Source: Synechocystis sp. PCC 6803 substr. PCC-P (GTDB lineage: Bacteria; Cyanobacteriota; Cyanobacteriia; Cyanobacteriales; Microcystaceae). Taken from it: a stretch of DNA of 32,000 nt. The stretch is from contig NC_017039.1 of assembly GCF_000284455.1 (NCBI RefSeq), forward strand, positions 630,001-662,000. Direction: 5' to 3'. A program made the position numbers and the translations under genes. This document shows positions 1-10,838 of this stretch, one piece after another (the stretch's first letter is position 1; each line of letters opens with the position of its first letter). The notes under the pieces are model-generated. The model was not told where the DNA came from. It did not search any database and was given only the letters and a program-made list of their open reading frames with translations.

Positions 1-606
1 TTCATTCCCCCAGTTCCGGATGATATGCATCAGTTTGATAATATTGAACTGCCGCCTCAATTTGAGAAAATTTTGACTGATGTGATCAACTTTTGTGACC
101 TCAATTATAGTCTGGATAATTTGACCTACGACAAATGGCAGGCTTTAGTCCATGCCCTAGATGAGACCGGGGTTAGCCTCAATTTAGTTAATAAACACCA
201 GGAGTATCCTTTCCGGGAGATGTTTACCTTTGACTACGGAGAAATTGGCTACCGTAAAGTGTTAGCTAAATTATTACTAAAGGAAAAAGTGGAAAAACGA
301 ACAGTGGTAATTCCCCTATTTGTGATTATGTTAGCTTTCTTTTGTTCGGAACCCAATGCCAGAGTTAGTTTTCCCTACCATTTTCTCTTTACTGCCACGG
401 GGGATGCTAAGAAGCGTTCCATGGAAAAAGGTAAAATATCCTTCTTTAAGCTCTTTAATCAATTGTTGGATGAATCCTTAACCCAGGATCAACTAAGCAA
501 GTGTTTAGCTGTAATTCACAATGAAGTTTTCCAAATTCACCAAATGGAAATTGATGATTTGCTCCTCGGTTACCGGCAAAAGCACAATGCCATGAGCGGA
601 GTTTAA
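1..606 (+). CDS. Hypothetical protein, probably 5'-truncated by the window edge; ORF track starts it at 25 but the frame is open from base 1
   Basis: Open frame 1..606 ending in taa; no recognised domain. Confidence 0.6.
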   Translation, partial: FIPPVPDDMHQFDNIELPPQFEKILTDVINFCDLNYSLDNLTYDKWQALVHALDETGVSLNLVNKHQEYPFREMFTFDYGEIGYRKVLAKLLLKEKVEKRTVVIPLFVIMLAFFCSEPNARVSFPYHFLFTATGDAKKRSMEKGKISFFKLFNQLLDESLTQDQLSKCLAVIHNEVFQIHQMEIDDLLLGYRQKHNAMSGV

Positions 607-656
607 GTTGTTTTCCGATTAAACTTGAATGTCCAACTTGTCTTAAATTGGTCTGT

Positions 657-1706
657 TTAAGTAACCGAGTCGATTTCAATGCTCCCTTTGCCGTCCTTGC
701 CATCCCCTTGGCGATCGCCGTTATTGGAGCTGTAGGGATTAGCGAATAACCTTTCCGGGTCGAGGGCATCGGGATGGGTAGAAAATTGGGGCAATACTTC
801 CCGAATGAAAGCGGCGGAAGCCTTAGAACGGTAACGGTTAGGGTTAATGATGACGGAAAGAACCCGGCGAATTTCCACATTTTTAATCGGAGCGATATGG
901 AGCACATTCATCTCCAATTCCTTTTCGATTGCCGTGGTGGAGACAAAGGCCGCCCCCAAACCAGACTGCACCGCATTTTTAATCGCCTCAATGGAGTTAA
1001 GTTCCATTTCAATTTTGAGACGCTTGGTATCAATTTCCCCCTGGCTCAACACCTTATCAATCACTTTGCGGATGGTGGACTGGGAATCGAGGCTAATAAA
1101 CTTGAGCTTGTATAAATCTTCTTTTTGGATAGTCTCTGCCTGGGCTAGGGGATGGAGCACCGGCAAAATCAAGGCCAATTCGTCTTCAGCGTAGGGCAAC
1201 ACGGTCAGAGTTTCCTGCAACTCCGCCGGTACTTCGCCGCCGATAATGGCCAAATCCACCTGGCCATTGGCCACGCCCCAAGCTGTCCTACGGGTGGAAT
1301 GGACCTGTAATTGCACCGTTACGTCAGGATATTGCTGCCGGAACATGCCGATCATCCGAGGTAGGAGGTAGGTGCCCGTAGTTTGGGAAGCCCCCACAAT
1401 CAGGGTGCCTCCTTGTAAATTCTGTAAATCTTCGATCGCCCGACAGGTTTCTTGGCAGAGGGTAATAATCTTTTCGCCGTAATTGAGGAGCAAATGCCCT
1501 GCCTCCGTCAACTGGGCCTTGCGTCCTCCCCGGTCGAATAGGGGCACACTCAACTGTTTTTCCAGGTTTTGCACCTGCAAACTAACCGCCGGTTGGGAAA
1601 CGTACAATGTGTCTGCCGCCCGTTTAAAACTGCCTTCCGAGGCGATCGCCTTGAGGATGCGAAGTTGATCCAGCGTGAACGGGATATCCGACATAGATCC
1701 AGCCAA
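657..1706 (-). CDS. rbcR: LysR-type transcriptional regulator, RbcR/Ycf30-like (start may be Met at 1694)
   Basis: N-terminal HTH '[61 protein letters not shown]' and LysR substrate-binding region; strongly resembles cyanobacterial/plastid Ycf30. Confidence 0.9.
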   Translation of the reverse strand: MAGSMSDIPFTLDQLRILKAIASEGSFKRAADTLYVSQPAVSLQVQNLEKQLSVPLFDRGGRKAQLTEAGHLLLNYGEKIITLCQETCRAIEDLQNLQGGTLIVGASQTTGTYLLPRMIGMFRQQYPDVTVQLQVHSTRRTAWGVANGQVDLAIIGGEVPAELQETLTVLPYAEDELALILPVLHPLAQAETIQKEDLYKLKFISLDSQSTIRKVIDKVLSQGEIDTKRLKIEMELNSIEAIKNAVQSGLGAAFVSTTAIEKELEMNVLHIAPIKNVEIRRVLSVIINPNRYRSKASAAFIREVLPQFSTHPDALDPERLFANPYSSNNGDRQGDGKDGKGSIEIDSVT

Positions 1707-1997
1707 ACGATGAACAAGACAGGGACAGCCCTATTGCACTGACAGTACCACAATTAGAGCCTTTGCAACGGTATCGCCCAGGGTCTAATTCGTTAATGGG
1801 AACCTAGTTAATATCAGGACTGATCCCGCTTAAAAAAAAGTTAATCTACTATGGTCGACGCAAAAAAGAGGGCAGTTGATTCACTCCCTCCCTTTGCAAA
1901 ATCCACCAAATGGTGGTTATTAGCTTATTTTTGCTACTCCGCCGACCCCAGCTGGGCGCTAAAGCCTTCAGCATTAAACACCCTGGTCAAAGTGAAA

Positions 1998-2195
1998 CTA
2001 GCTCAGGGAAGCATTACTGCGGTCATAGGTTGTGCGGAAACTGGATTGAGGTTTGCCCTGCACAGTGGTCCAAAAATCCTTTTCTGCTTCCACGCCAATC
2101 TCAGCGGCAGCGCGGGACAACATGGATTGTTGACGGTTTTTGATGAATTGGTGGTGGCGCATCATGAGAGCGCGAGCCTGTTGTTGAGTAGACAT
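1998..2195 (-). CDS. Small conserved-looking hypothetical protein (65 aa)
   Basis: MSTQQQARALMMRHHQFIKNRQQSMLSRAAAEIGVE...; AAGAGG Shine-Dalgarno-like sequence just upstream of the ATG on the minus strand. Confidence 0.65.
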   Translation of the reverse strand: MSTQQQARALMMRHHQFIKNRQQSMLSRAAAEIGVEAEKDFWTTVQGKPQSSFRTTYDRSNASLS

Positions 2196-2338
2196 AGTTA
2201 ATACCTCTTGACGATTGCTGAAAAAAGTTTTGGTTAATTACCCTCTTTAATATTTATAGCACAAATTCTGTAACATTTTATACAGAAACAAAAATTTACA
2301 TCCCCTTCTTCCCTGTGTTCAATTCCCCAGTTAGACCT

Positions 2339-3259
2339 ATGCGCTATGGCTTCTATACCCTTGACGTGTTCACTGACCAACTTTTTGGCGGTAATCCCCT
2401 GGCGGTTTTTCCCGATGCTGAGGGTTTGACCGATGGACAAATGCAAAAAATTGCAGCGGAAATCAATTATTCCGAAACGGTGTTTGTTTTGCCCCCAGTG
2501 ACGGAAACGGGGAATTTTCGCCTAAGAATTTTTACCCCCAAAAGGGAATTGGATTTTGCAGGGCATCCCACCATTGGGACCACCTATCTGTTGGGTTTGC
2601 TCCAGCCCCCCAGCCCTTTAGTTACCACCACTTGGCAGTTGGAAGAGCCGGTGGGCCTAGTGCCCGTTACCCTCCACTACAAGCAAGGACAACTGGTGCA
2701 AACAGAATTAACCGTGGCCCAGCTTCCCCAAACCAAGGATTCTGCCCCATCTTGTGAAGATTTGGCCTTGCTTTTGGGATTATCCATTGATCAGCTACAG
2801 CAAGGAGAATATGAACCCCAAGCCTATTCCTGTGGATTGCCCTTTTTATTTATTCCACTGATAAATGAGGAGGCGTTAAATCGGATTAGTTTTAATCCAT
2901 CGGTTTGGCAAAATCTCTTGGCGGGTCAATGGGCCGATTGCGTTTACTGCCTGGCCCCAGGAGATCCTTCACTGGGTTTGTCCGATAACAAGTTGATCCA
3001 TGGGCGGATGTTTGCCCCTGGTTTGGGCATTGCGGAAGATCCGGCCACTGGCTCCGGGGTAGCGGCATTGGGAGGTTATTTAGACGATCGCCTAGACACT
3101 CCAGGCTCACACCATTGGCAAATTGAACAGGGCAAAGCCTTGGGAAGGCCCAGCCAATTACAGTTAACTGTGGTAAAAGACGGTCAGGGGATTAGGGCAG
3201 TGAAAGTGGCCGGGCGATCCGTTTTAGTCTCGGAGGGCTTCATGAACCTGGGGAATTAG
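2339..3259 (+). CDS. PhzF-family (phenazine biosynthesis-like / epimerase-fold) protein
   Basis: '[23 protein letters not shown]...[13 protein letters not shown]...[13 protein letters not shown]...[19 protein letters not shown]' typical of PhzF; ATG at 2339 preferred over GTG at 2315. Confidence 0.9.
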
Positions 3260-3405
3260 AAACAAATTGCAGAATTATCACCCCCTGGGGGCAGAAATTT
3301 TTCTTCTTCCCCGACCCCAAACTGCGGTGAAAATGGGATTTGACCATTGCTTGTGTACACAACGAGGAAAAATTGAGGGGATTGTGATAGGATGGTTGGT
3401 CGGAC

Positions 3406-3486
3406 GCGGACGTGGCGGAATTGGTAGACGCGCTAGATTTAGGTTCTAGTGTCTTTGGCGTGGGAGTTCGAGTCTCCCCGTCCGCA
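3406..3486 (+). tRNA. tRNA-Leu (anticodon UAG)
   Basis: Acceptor stem GCGGACG/CGTCCGC, anticodon arm CTAGA-tttaggt-TCTAG, T arm GGGAGTTCGAGTCTCCC; long variable region of a class II tRNA. Confidence 0.93.
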
Positions 3487-3890
3487 TTAAGGGAACAAAA
3501 CTTCTATTGTTCTTAGCCAAGACGGCTTTCTTTAAGATCTCTAGTACGGGCGAAGCGGTTTGTGCTGAAGCTAATGATTCGTGACTTGATCCTTAGAATC
3601 TCGGGGAAATATAAATAGTCGTCCATCCTGAAACAGGCTTTAAAAACTAAGTGACGTTCAGTGCAATCTTAACAACATGAGGTTAATAATTCAGCCGTTA
3701 TGCTACTTCAATTTACCAAAGCCCTGAATGGCGGTAATTTATACCCCCCAGTTATTAAGAAGCTTTCATTGTTTATTTAACAAATTTAAGAAGGTATTAA
3801 TGTCTTTAGAAGACCTTATTTTTGTCCCAATTATTTTACCCTGCAACCTACAATGATAAAAGAGCAATACTTCTGTGAAAATTACGATAA

Positions 3891-4910
3891 TTAAAGAGTG
3901 TTATTTTCAGCCTCAAATTTCGCCTCGATATAGCCAGCTTCTACCAAAAAAGCCCTCAGAGCATCGGGATAGGAGTCGTATTTAACCTCGTTTAAACAGT
4001 TACTTTGGTCATCATATTCCAAACAATTAGTTAGCCCCCAATCAGACTCCCGGTCGTAATATTTGAGCATGGTCTGCCAGCCCTCATCCAATTCACCAAT
4101 TAGGGCTTTATTAGCGACATAGGCGGCGAGAAAACCGTTCTTTTCCGAATCCTGGGCTACAATTTCTGGCAGATCTTTTTCCATAGATTGAGCATTTTCT
4201 CGATGGATAAATTGGAAGCTAGGCTCAAAGGACACATCCACTACTTGACCATTTTGCAGAGCCCAAATCTGGGCTGGGGCCGCACTACCGGCATAGGAGG
4301 AAAAGAGATAAAGGAAACGATTATCTACCTCTACATACTCATCCCAACCATCATTATTTAGATCTTCCGCCGGATGGGGGCCACCATTAAAAAAGCCGAA
4401 GTCCCGTACAGACCAATCACTCCCATTTTGATTACTGGTAAAGACTTTGACCTCGTTGCAACAATGGGCACCGCCGGTATAGGTAGCAAAAAGCACTGCT
4501 GGATAAGGATTATCCCGATCCATATCAGTAATCTGCAGCAAAGCGATGGGCATGGGGGACTCTGACCCTTCTAGAGTGGCTACAATTTTGTTTTTAAATT
4601 TAACGGTGACGGTGGGAAACCAACTTTCATAGCCATCATGTTTTTCTTGGCGATAGCTGATGCTGGCACTCACATCGCCTTTTTCTACTTTTCCGTTTAA
4701 TTTTGGTTCGTCGCTATTAGGATCAAAGGTCTCAAAAGTATATGTGTCTGAGTTTTGAGCCAGTTGCACTTCTTGGCGATCGCCATTCACCTGTTGATTC
4801 TGCTCTACTGCTGGAGGGAAGGAGGGAGTAATGGCACAAGCAGATAGGGGCCAAACCGAGGCTAGGGCCAACCCCAGCAGACCAATGTGAAAACTCTGAT
4901 ATGGAGCCAT
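3891..4910 (-). CDS. Hypothetical exported protein/putative lipoprotein with aspartate-rich Ca-binding-like motif
   Basis: ATG at 4910 gives N-terminus MAPYQSFHIGLLGLALASVWPLSAC (signal/lipobox-like); internal 'DLNNDGWDEYVEVDN'. Confidence 0.75.
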   Translation of the reverse strand: MAPYQSFHIGLLGLALASVWPLSACAITPSFPPAVEQNQQVNGDRQEVQLAQNSDTYTFETFDPNSDEPKLNGKVEKGDVSASISYRQEKHDGYESWFPTVTVKFKNKIVATLEGSESPMPIALLQITDMDRDNPYPAVLFATYTGGAHCCNEVKVFTSNQNGSDWSVRDFGFFNGGPHPAEDLNNDGWDEYVEVDNRFLYLFSSYAGSAAPAQIWALQNGQVVDVSFEPSFQFIHRENAQSMEKDLPEIVAQDSEKNGFLAAYVANKALIGELDEGWQTMLKYYDRESDWGLTNCLEYDDQSNCLNEVKYDSYPDALRAFLVEAGYIEAKFEAENNTL

Positions 4911-4993
4911 GACTATCATCTCCCCCAAATTAGACCGTTGATTTTTCCAATCTCCATTGTGGCAGGAATTTTTCGGGGCCATAACTTTTTTGC

Positions 4994-6349
4994 CTAGGCA
5001 GTAACTAAACTTAAAGCTTCCCCGGTGAGGCTAAAGGCCCGGGCTTCGGTAATTTTTACCGGCACTGTTTTACCCAATAGTTCGCTAATCTCTCCTTGGA
5101 AAAAAGTTAAGCGGTTGCCCCTGGTGCGTCCCATCACCTGCCCTGGGCTCTTAAGGTTTTCCCCTTCCACCAGCACTTCTTCCACCCGACCGAGGTAACG
5201 TTGGGAGCGTTCCATGGCCTGGGTGGAAACTAGATGATTTAATCTTTGCAGGCGATCGCCTTTGACTTCTTCGGAAAGTTGATTGTCCCAGAAGGCCGCG
5301 GGGGTGCCGGGACGGGGAGAATAGGCAGCGGTGTTGAGTAGGTCAAAACCAACCTCTTCAATTAGGTTGAGGGTATTTTCAAACTGGGCTTCCGTTTCCC
5401 CTGGGAAACCAACAATCACATCGGCACTGATGGCCGCATCGGGCATATAGCGACGGATTTTTTCAATGATCTGTAAATATTTTTCCCTGGTGTAGCCCCG
5501 TTTCATTGCTTTAAGAATGTCGTTATCCCCCGATTGGAAAGGAATATGGAAATGTTCACAAACCTTGGGCAATTCTTGGCAGGCTTGAATTAACCGTTCG
5601 GTGAAATAACGGGGATGGCTAGTGGCAAACCGCAGGCGATCAATCCCCTCAATATCATGGACGTGGTAGAGCAAATCCGTCAGGGTATGGAGATGGCGAC
5701 CCGATGGAGTGGTGCCTGGTAGATCCCGGCCGTAGGCATCAATGTTTTGCCCCAGTAGTGTGACCTCTTTAAATCCTTGTTGGGCCAGGACTTCCATTTC
5801 TCCATAAATGGCTTCTGGAGTACGGGATTGTTCTACCCCCCGCACATTGGGCACCACACAATAACTACAACGTTCATTACAACCGTAGATAATATTCACC
5901 CAGGCACTGACGGTGCTTTCCCGCCGGGGTTTGGTGATGTCTTCCATAATGTGCAGACTCTCCGTCGCCACCACCTGACTACCAGCCCACACCTGTTCTA
6001 GTAACTGATCTAGCCGATTCGCATGTTGAGGCCCCATCACCAGGTCCAACTCTGGCACCCGGCGCAATAATTGCTCCCCTTCCTGTTGGGCCACACAGCC
6101 CGCCACCACCAGAGTTAATTCCGGTTCTACTTGTTTCCTTTTGGCTTGACGACCAAGGTATGAGTAGACTTTTTGCTCAGCGTTGTCCCGAATAGAACAG
6201 GTATTGTAGAGGACTAAATCCGCCTGGTTGGGGTCATCGGTGTAGGTCATGCCCAAATTTTCCAGAATGCCGGCCATCCTTTCCGAGTCCGCCTTATTCA
6301 TCTGGCAGCCAAAGGTAATAATGTGGTAGCGACGGTGGGAAACATTCAT
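4994..6349 (-). CDS. miaB: tRNA-2-methylthio-N6-dimethylallyladenosine synthase (radical SAM methylthiotransferase)
   Basis: '[18 protein letters not shown]', radical SAM motif '[12 protein letters not shown]', C-terminal TRAM-like region; start set at internal ATG 6349 where conservation begins. Confidence 0.95.
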   Translation of the reverse strand: MNVSHRRYHIITFGCQMNKADSERMAGILENLGMTYTDDPNQADLVLYNTCSIRDNAEQKVYSYLGRQAKRKQVEPELTLVVAGCVAQQEGEQLLRRVPELDLVMGPQHANRLDQLLEQVWAGSQVVATESLHIMEDITKPRRESTVSAWVNIIYGCNERCSYCVVPNVRGVEQSRTPEAIYGEMEVLAQQGFKEVTLLGQNIDAYGRDLPGTTPSGRHLHTLTDLLYHVHDIEGIDRLRFATSHPRYFTERLIQACQELPKVCEHFHIPFQSGDNDILKAMKRGYTREKYLQIIEKIRRYMPDAAISADVIVGFPGETEAQFENTLNLIEEVGFDLLNTAAYSPRPGTPAAFWDNQLSEEVKGDRLQRLNHLVSTQAMERSQRYLGRVEEVLVEGENLKSPGQVMGRTRGNRLTFFQGEISELLGKTVPVKITEARAFSLTGEALSLVTA

Positions 6350-6371
6350 GGGAAATAGGGCGAAGCAATGA

Positions 6372-7625
<1,254 letters not shown>

Positions 7626-7640
7626 GTTCTGATGAAGGTT

Positions 7641-7673
7641 ACCCTCACTAGTTTGGTGGGGGTTTTCTTTTTC
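7641..7673 (+). terminator. Putative intrinsic terminator downstream of sqdB
   Basis: ACCCTCAC-loop-GTGGGGGT hairpin (one G-U pair) followed by TTTCTTTTT. Confidence 0.6.
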
Positions 7674-7767
7674 CAATTCTGGTGGGGAAGAGTTTTTCTT
7701 AACCCACATTGCTCTAGACGGAATTCTGGTTAATTTTTAGATTTTTTATTTTTCATTGGCAAAAATT

Positions 7768-8058
7768 ATGGCTGATCCCCTCACCCCTGCTATCAGTGAC
7801 CGCATTTGTAAACACATGAACGAAGACCATGCCTCGGCGATCGCCCTTTATGCCCAGGTTTTTGGTCAACAAACCGATGTAACCATGGCCCAGATGCAGG
7901 CCATCGATCCCACGGGTATGGATTTAGTGGTGGAAAGTGAGGGTGGCTCAAAAACTATCCGCATTGAATTCGAGCAACCCCTGAAGGATTCTGAAGATGC
8001 CCACCAAGTATTGATTGCCATGGCTAAGCAGGCCCGGAGTGTTGGTAAAAATAGCTAA
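7768..8058 (+). CDS. DUF2470 domain protein
   Basis: 'ISDRICKHMNEDHASAIALYAQVFG...MDLVVESEGGSKTIRIEFEQPLKDSEDAHQVLIAMAKQAR' matches the DUF2470 pattern (HugZ C-terminal-like). Confidence 0.8.
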   Translation: MADPLTPAISDRICKHMNEDHASAIALYAQVFGQQTDVTMAQMQAIDPTGMDLVVESEGGSKTIRIEFEQPLKDSEDAHQVLIAMAKQARSVGKNS

Positions 8059-8094
8059 TTTGCTCCATGGATTCTGCCGCTACCTGGACAACCG

Positions 8095-8790
8095 TTAAAC
8101 GTCAATGCCGGCCTCCGCTAACAATGCCTTGAGGCGATCGTTTTCTGCTTCCGCTAATTCGGCCCGGAGTTTTTCCCGCTCAGCCCGTTGAGCCTCTTCG
8201 TTGGCCCGTTGGGATGCTTGTTCAGCCTGGGTTGCTAATGCCACGGTGGAGAGAAAAGGTCGCCCGTCAGGATAATAAACCCGCAAAGTCTCAGCGCTCA
8301 GCTCAAATTTTATGCCCAACAAAGGACTAACCCAATGGGCCATCTCCTCGATGATGGTCAACTCTCCGCCAATTCGTTGCAACCCAGTTAGCTCATTGTC
8401 ATCTGGATCATAAACATAGTACTCTTCTACGCCGTGATGGTCATAGAACTTCAACTTTTTGGTCATTTCCTTGAGGGTGTTGCCAGGGGATAAAATTTCA
8501 AACACCACTTGGGGCGCTTGGTTATTTTCCTGCCACTGGCGGTAGGAACCCCGTTTTCCCTTGGGTCTGCCCAAAGCCACCATTACGTCCGGTGCCACGC
8601 GAATTTCTGGATGCCCTTCCACGGGATACCACAACAGGTCTCCCCCGACAAATACGTCTGGGTTGTGGGCGAAGAGGCATTCCAAATTTTCTTTCAGGAG
8701 GACAATCCATTCAAATTGTTCTGTGTTGTCGGCCATGGGCTGTCCATCGCTGTCGGGGTAAATGATTTCTCGGTCGAGGGCTACGGTCAT
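8095..8790 (-). CDS. Uma2/DUF820 family protein (PD-(D/E)XK nuclease-like fold)
   Basis: 'VFVGGDLLWYPVEGHPEIRVAPDVMVALGRPKGKRGSYRQWQENNQAPQVVFEILSPGNTLKEMTKKLKFYDHHGVEEYYVYDPD' typical of Uma2 family. Confidence 0.9.
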   Translation of the reverse strand: MTVALDREIIYPDSDGQPMADNTEQFEWIVLLKENLECLFAHNPDVFVGGDLLWYPVEGHPEIRVAPDVMVALGRPKGKRGSYRQWQENNQAPQVVFEILSPGNTLKEMTKKLKFYDHHGVEEYYVYDPDDNELTGLQRIGGELTIIEEMAHWVSPLLGIKFELSAETLRVYYPDGRPFLSTVALATQAEQASQRANEEAQRAEREKLRAELAEAENDRLKALLAEAGIDV

Positions 8791-8875
8791 GGGGTTAATC
8801 CTCGCAATTTTTTCTCCAGTCTAGACAATGCCTCGCATGGGTGGGACTTTGACCAACACTGAAAAGTTTGGGTCT

Positions 8876-9598
8876 TTAAGACTTTAACCATTTATCCTCG
8901 TCGGAACTGTCCTTGGCGATCGCCAGGTAGCCATAACCCTTGGGGGACTGGTCAATGATCAAAATTTCCTGATTATGGTGGGGAATGACGGTGGCCCAAT
9001 CCGGTAGGCTAACGCTGATGGTGATTAGATTTCCCGCATTGTCATAAACATGGGCTTGGCCGATGGTGCCATTGGCTAGGTAGGGCAACTTTTTCGAGGT
9101 GACAGTGCCCGTGCAACCAATGACCCGTTCTGTGCTGACATCCTGGCTAAAGGTCTTAAATAAATGGGCGATCGGACGGGAAGCAAGGCGACCAAGCCAA
9201 AGACTGATGGCCAGGGAAACCAGGAAAATTATCCCAGCCCAACCCATTAGTTCCCTAGGCATAGTCCCCGTCACCGTAGCTACAGTCACATTCAATATCC
9301 AGCCGATTACTCCCCAGAGACTAAAATCTATACCGAGGAGAATCATCAACGGAACTTTACCCAAACCGAAAAAGGAGAGTACTTGCAGGGCCATGGGCAC
9401 GGCTTCCCCCTCTTCCATGTCTCCCCCCTGGTCAAGCTCCACGTCTAAATGGGTGATGTCCACATCGGAGCTCGCTTCTAGGGACATTTCCACATCCAAA
9501 TCTTCATCCCCATCCCCAGAAATTATCATCAATCCTAGGCAGAGTATTCCCAACCCCAGCAGTAACCAGTAGGTCAAATTAGCTAAGTGGAAAAGCAT
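8876..9598 (-). CDS. Membrane protein with NfeD/YqiJ-like OB-fold C-terminus
   Basis: N-terminal TM segment, acidic loop, several TM helices, then 'VIGCTGTVTSKKLPYLANGTIGQAHVYDNAGNLITISV'; ATG at 9598 used instead of the upstream extension. Confidence 0.7.
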   Translation of the reverse strand: MLFHLANLTYWLLLGLGILCLGLMIISGDGDEDLDVEMSLEASSDVDITHLDVELDQGGDMEEGEAVPMALQVLSFFGLGKVPLMILLGIDFSLWGVIGWILNVTVATVTGTMPRELMGWAGIIFLVSLAISLWLGRLASRPIAHLFKTFSQDVSTERVIGCTGTVTSKKLPYLANGTIGQAHVYDNAGNLITISVSLPDWATVIPHHNQEILIIDQSPKGYGYLAIAKDSSDEDKWLKS

Positions 9599-9617
9599 AA
9601 TGACGGTATTCCTTATA

Positions 9618-10715
9618 CTAACGATGGTTTTTTGGCAGACGTACCCGTGCTGGATTGAGGGGACAAAGAAGTTGGTTGAGGGCACGAAGTTGTTCTACTG
9701 TGCCTAGGCAAATGAGAGAATCAGCGTCTAGTAAATGGGTGTCCCCCATGGGGCCCACAATTAATTTACGATCTTGGCGACGAATGGCCAGAATTAATGC
9801 TCCTGATTGGGCCCGGAGTTGGGCCTCCCGCAAGGTTTGGCCAATGTAGGGACAGTCTTCGGCCCCAATGCGAAATTCTTCCATATAGAAGGAACGGTCC
9901 GCTCCGGTGAGAATACCATCAACAAAACTCACCACCTGGGGTCGCAATGCCGCCGCCGCTAGCCGTTTACCCCCGGTAATGTAAGGAGAAACCACTTCAT
10001 CAGCCCCGGCCCGTTTCAGTTTTTGCACCGCTTCTTCGGAACTGGCCCTGGCGATCGCCCGAATTTTCGGATTGAGGGTTTTAGCAGAAAGCACCGTATA
10101 TAAATTTTCTGCGTCGGAGGAAAGGGCAGAAACAATACAAATAGCCCGTTCAATGTGGGCTGCCAGGAGGATTTCGTCCAGGGTGGCATCTCCCTGGAGG
10201 ACAGCATAGTCCCTCAGCTTTGCCTGGATAATAACCTCTGGGGAAGCGTCAATCACCACAAAGGGAATATTTTCTACGGCAAACTCAAAGGCAATTTGTT
10301 GCCCTGTGCGTCCATAGCCACAAAGAATATAATGGTCCGCTAATCGCTCAATCACCTTTTGCTCCTGCCGCCGGCGTAAACTATCTTGAAAGTATCCTTG
10401 GATAAAGGCTTCGGTGAAACGATTTACCATGTAGCCGATGGTCAACAAGCCCATCAAAATCAGCAAAATGGTAAATAAACGGGATGCCGGACTGAGGGGA
10501 TGGGTTTCCCCAAAGCCAACGGTGGCTAGGGTAATGGTGGTCATGTAGAAGGCATCTAACCAAGTCCAGTCTTCCACGTATCTGTACCAGGCCGTACCGA
10601 CCACAAATAGGCCCGCTAGGGTAATGGCCCCAGCCATTAATTCCTGTCTTAACCTGCGCCCCTGGCGATCGATGAGATTTAACAGGTTTTCCTGACTTGA
10701 TGATCCCAATCCCAT
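9618..10715 (-). CDS. Potassium channel protein with pore region and C-terminal RCK (TrkA-N/TrkA-C) domains
   Basis: Selectivity filter region 'TTITLATVGFGETHPLS', 'HYILCGYGRTGQQIAFEF' Rossmann motif. Confidence 0.92.
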   Translation of the reverse strand: MGLGSSSQENLLNLIDRQGRRLRQELMAGAITLAGLFVVGTAWYRYVEDWTWLDAFYMTTITLATVGFGETHPLSPASRLFTILLILMGLLTIGYMVNRFTEAFIQGYFQDSLRRRQEQKVIERLADHYILCGYGRTGQQIAFEFAVENIPFVVIDASPEVIIQAKLRDYAVLQGDATLDEILLAAHIERAICIVSALSSDAENLYTVLSAKTLNPKIRAIARASSEEAVQKLKRAGADEVVSPYITGGKRLAAAALRPQVVSFVDGILTGADRSFYMEEFRIGAEDCPYIGQTLREAQLRAQSGALILAIRRQDRKLIVGPMGDTHLLDADSLICLGTVEQLRALNQLLCPLNPARVRLPKNHR

Positions 10716-10838
10716 CCTAAAACCTCACTTAAAACAGGTCAGTCGATTTAAGATCAGGAGACAATTATTTCAGAGGGGTGACCCTACCCCTGCAGACCAT
10801 ATCCAAATTTGGCCAGTCTAACGCGTTAGGAGCCCCCC

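Noticed and set aside
455-1194. ORFs 455..907(-), 774..1115(+), 847..1194(+)
   Set aside because: Overlap or shadow the rbcR-like CDS and the upstream CDS in other frames; sequences look like frame-shadow translations.
1851-2201. 116-aa plus-strand ORF
   Set aside because: Antisense to the better supported 65-aa minus-strand gene with a ribosome-binding site; no recognisable protein pattern.
3280-3291. CCCCCTGGGGG hairpin after the PhzF gene as a terminator
   Set aside because: Perfect inverted repeat leaves almost no loop and the following T-run is separated by several bases; too weak to list as a feature.
8095-8790. Uma2/DUF820 gene as a restriction or mobile-element component
   Set aside because: These families are abundant stand-alone paralogues in cyanobacteria; no methyltransferase or transposase partner here.
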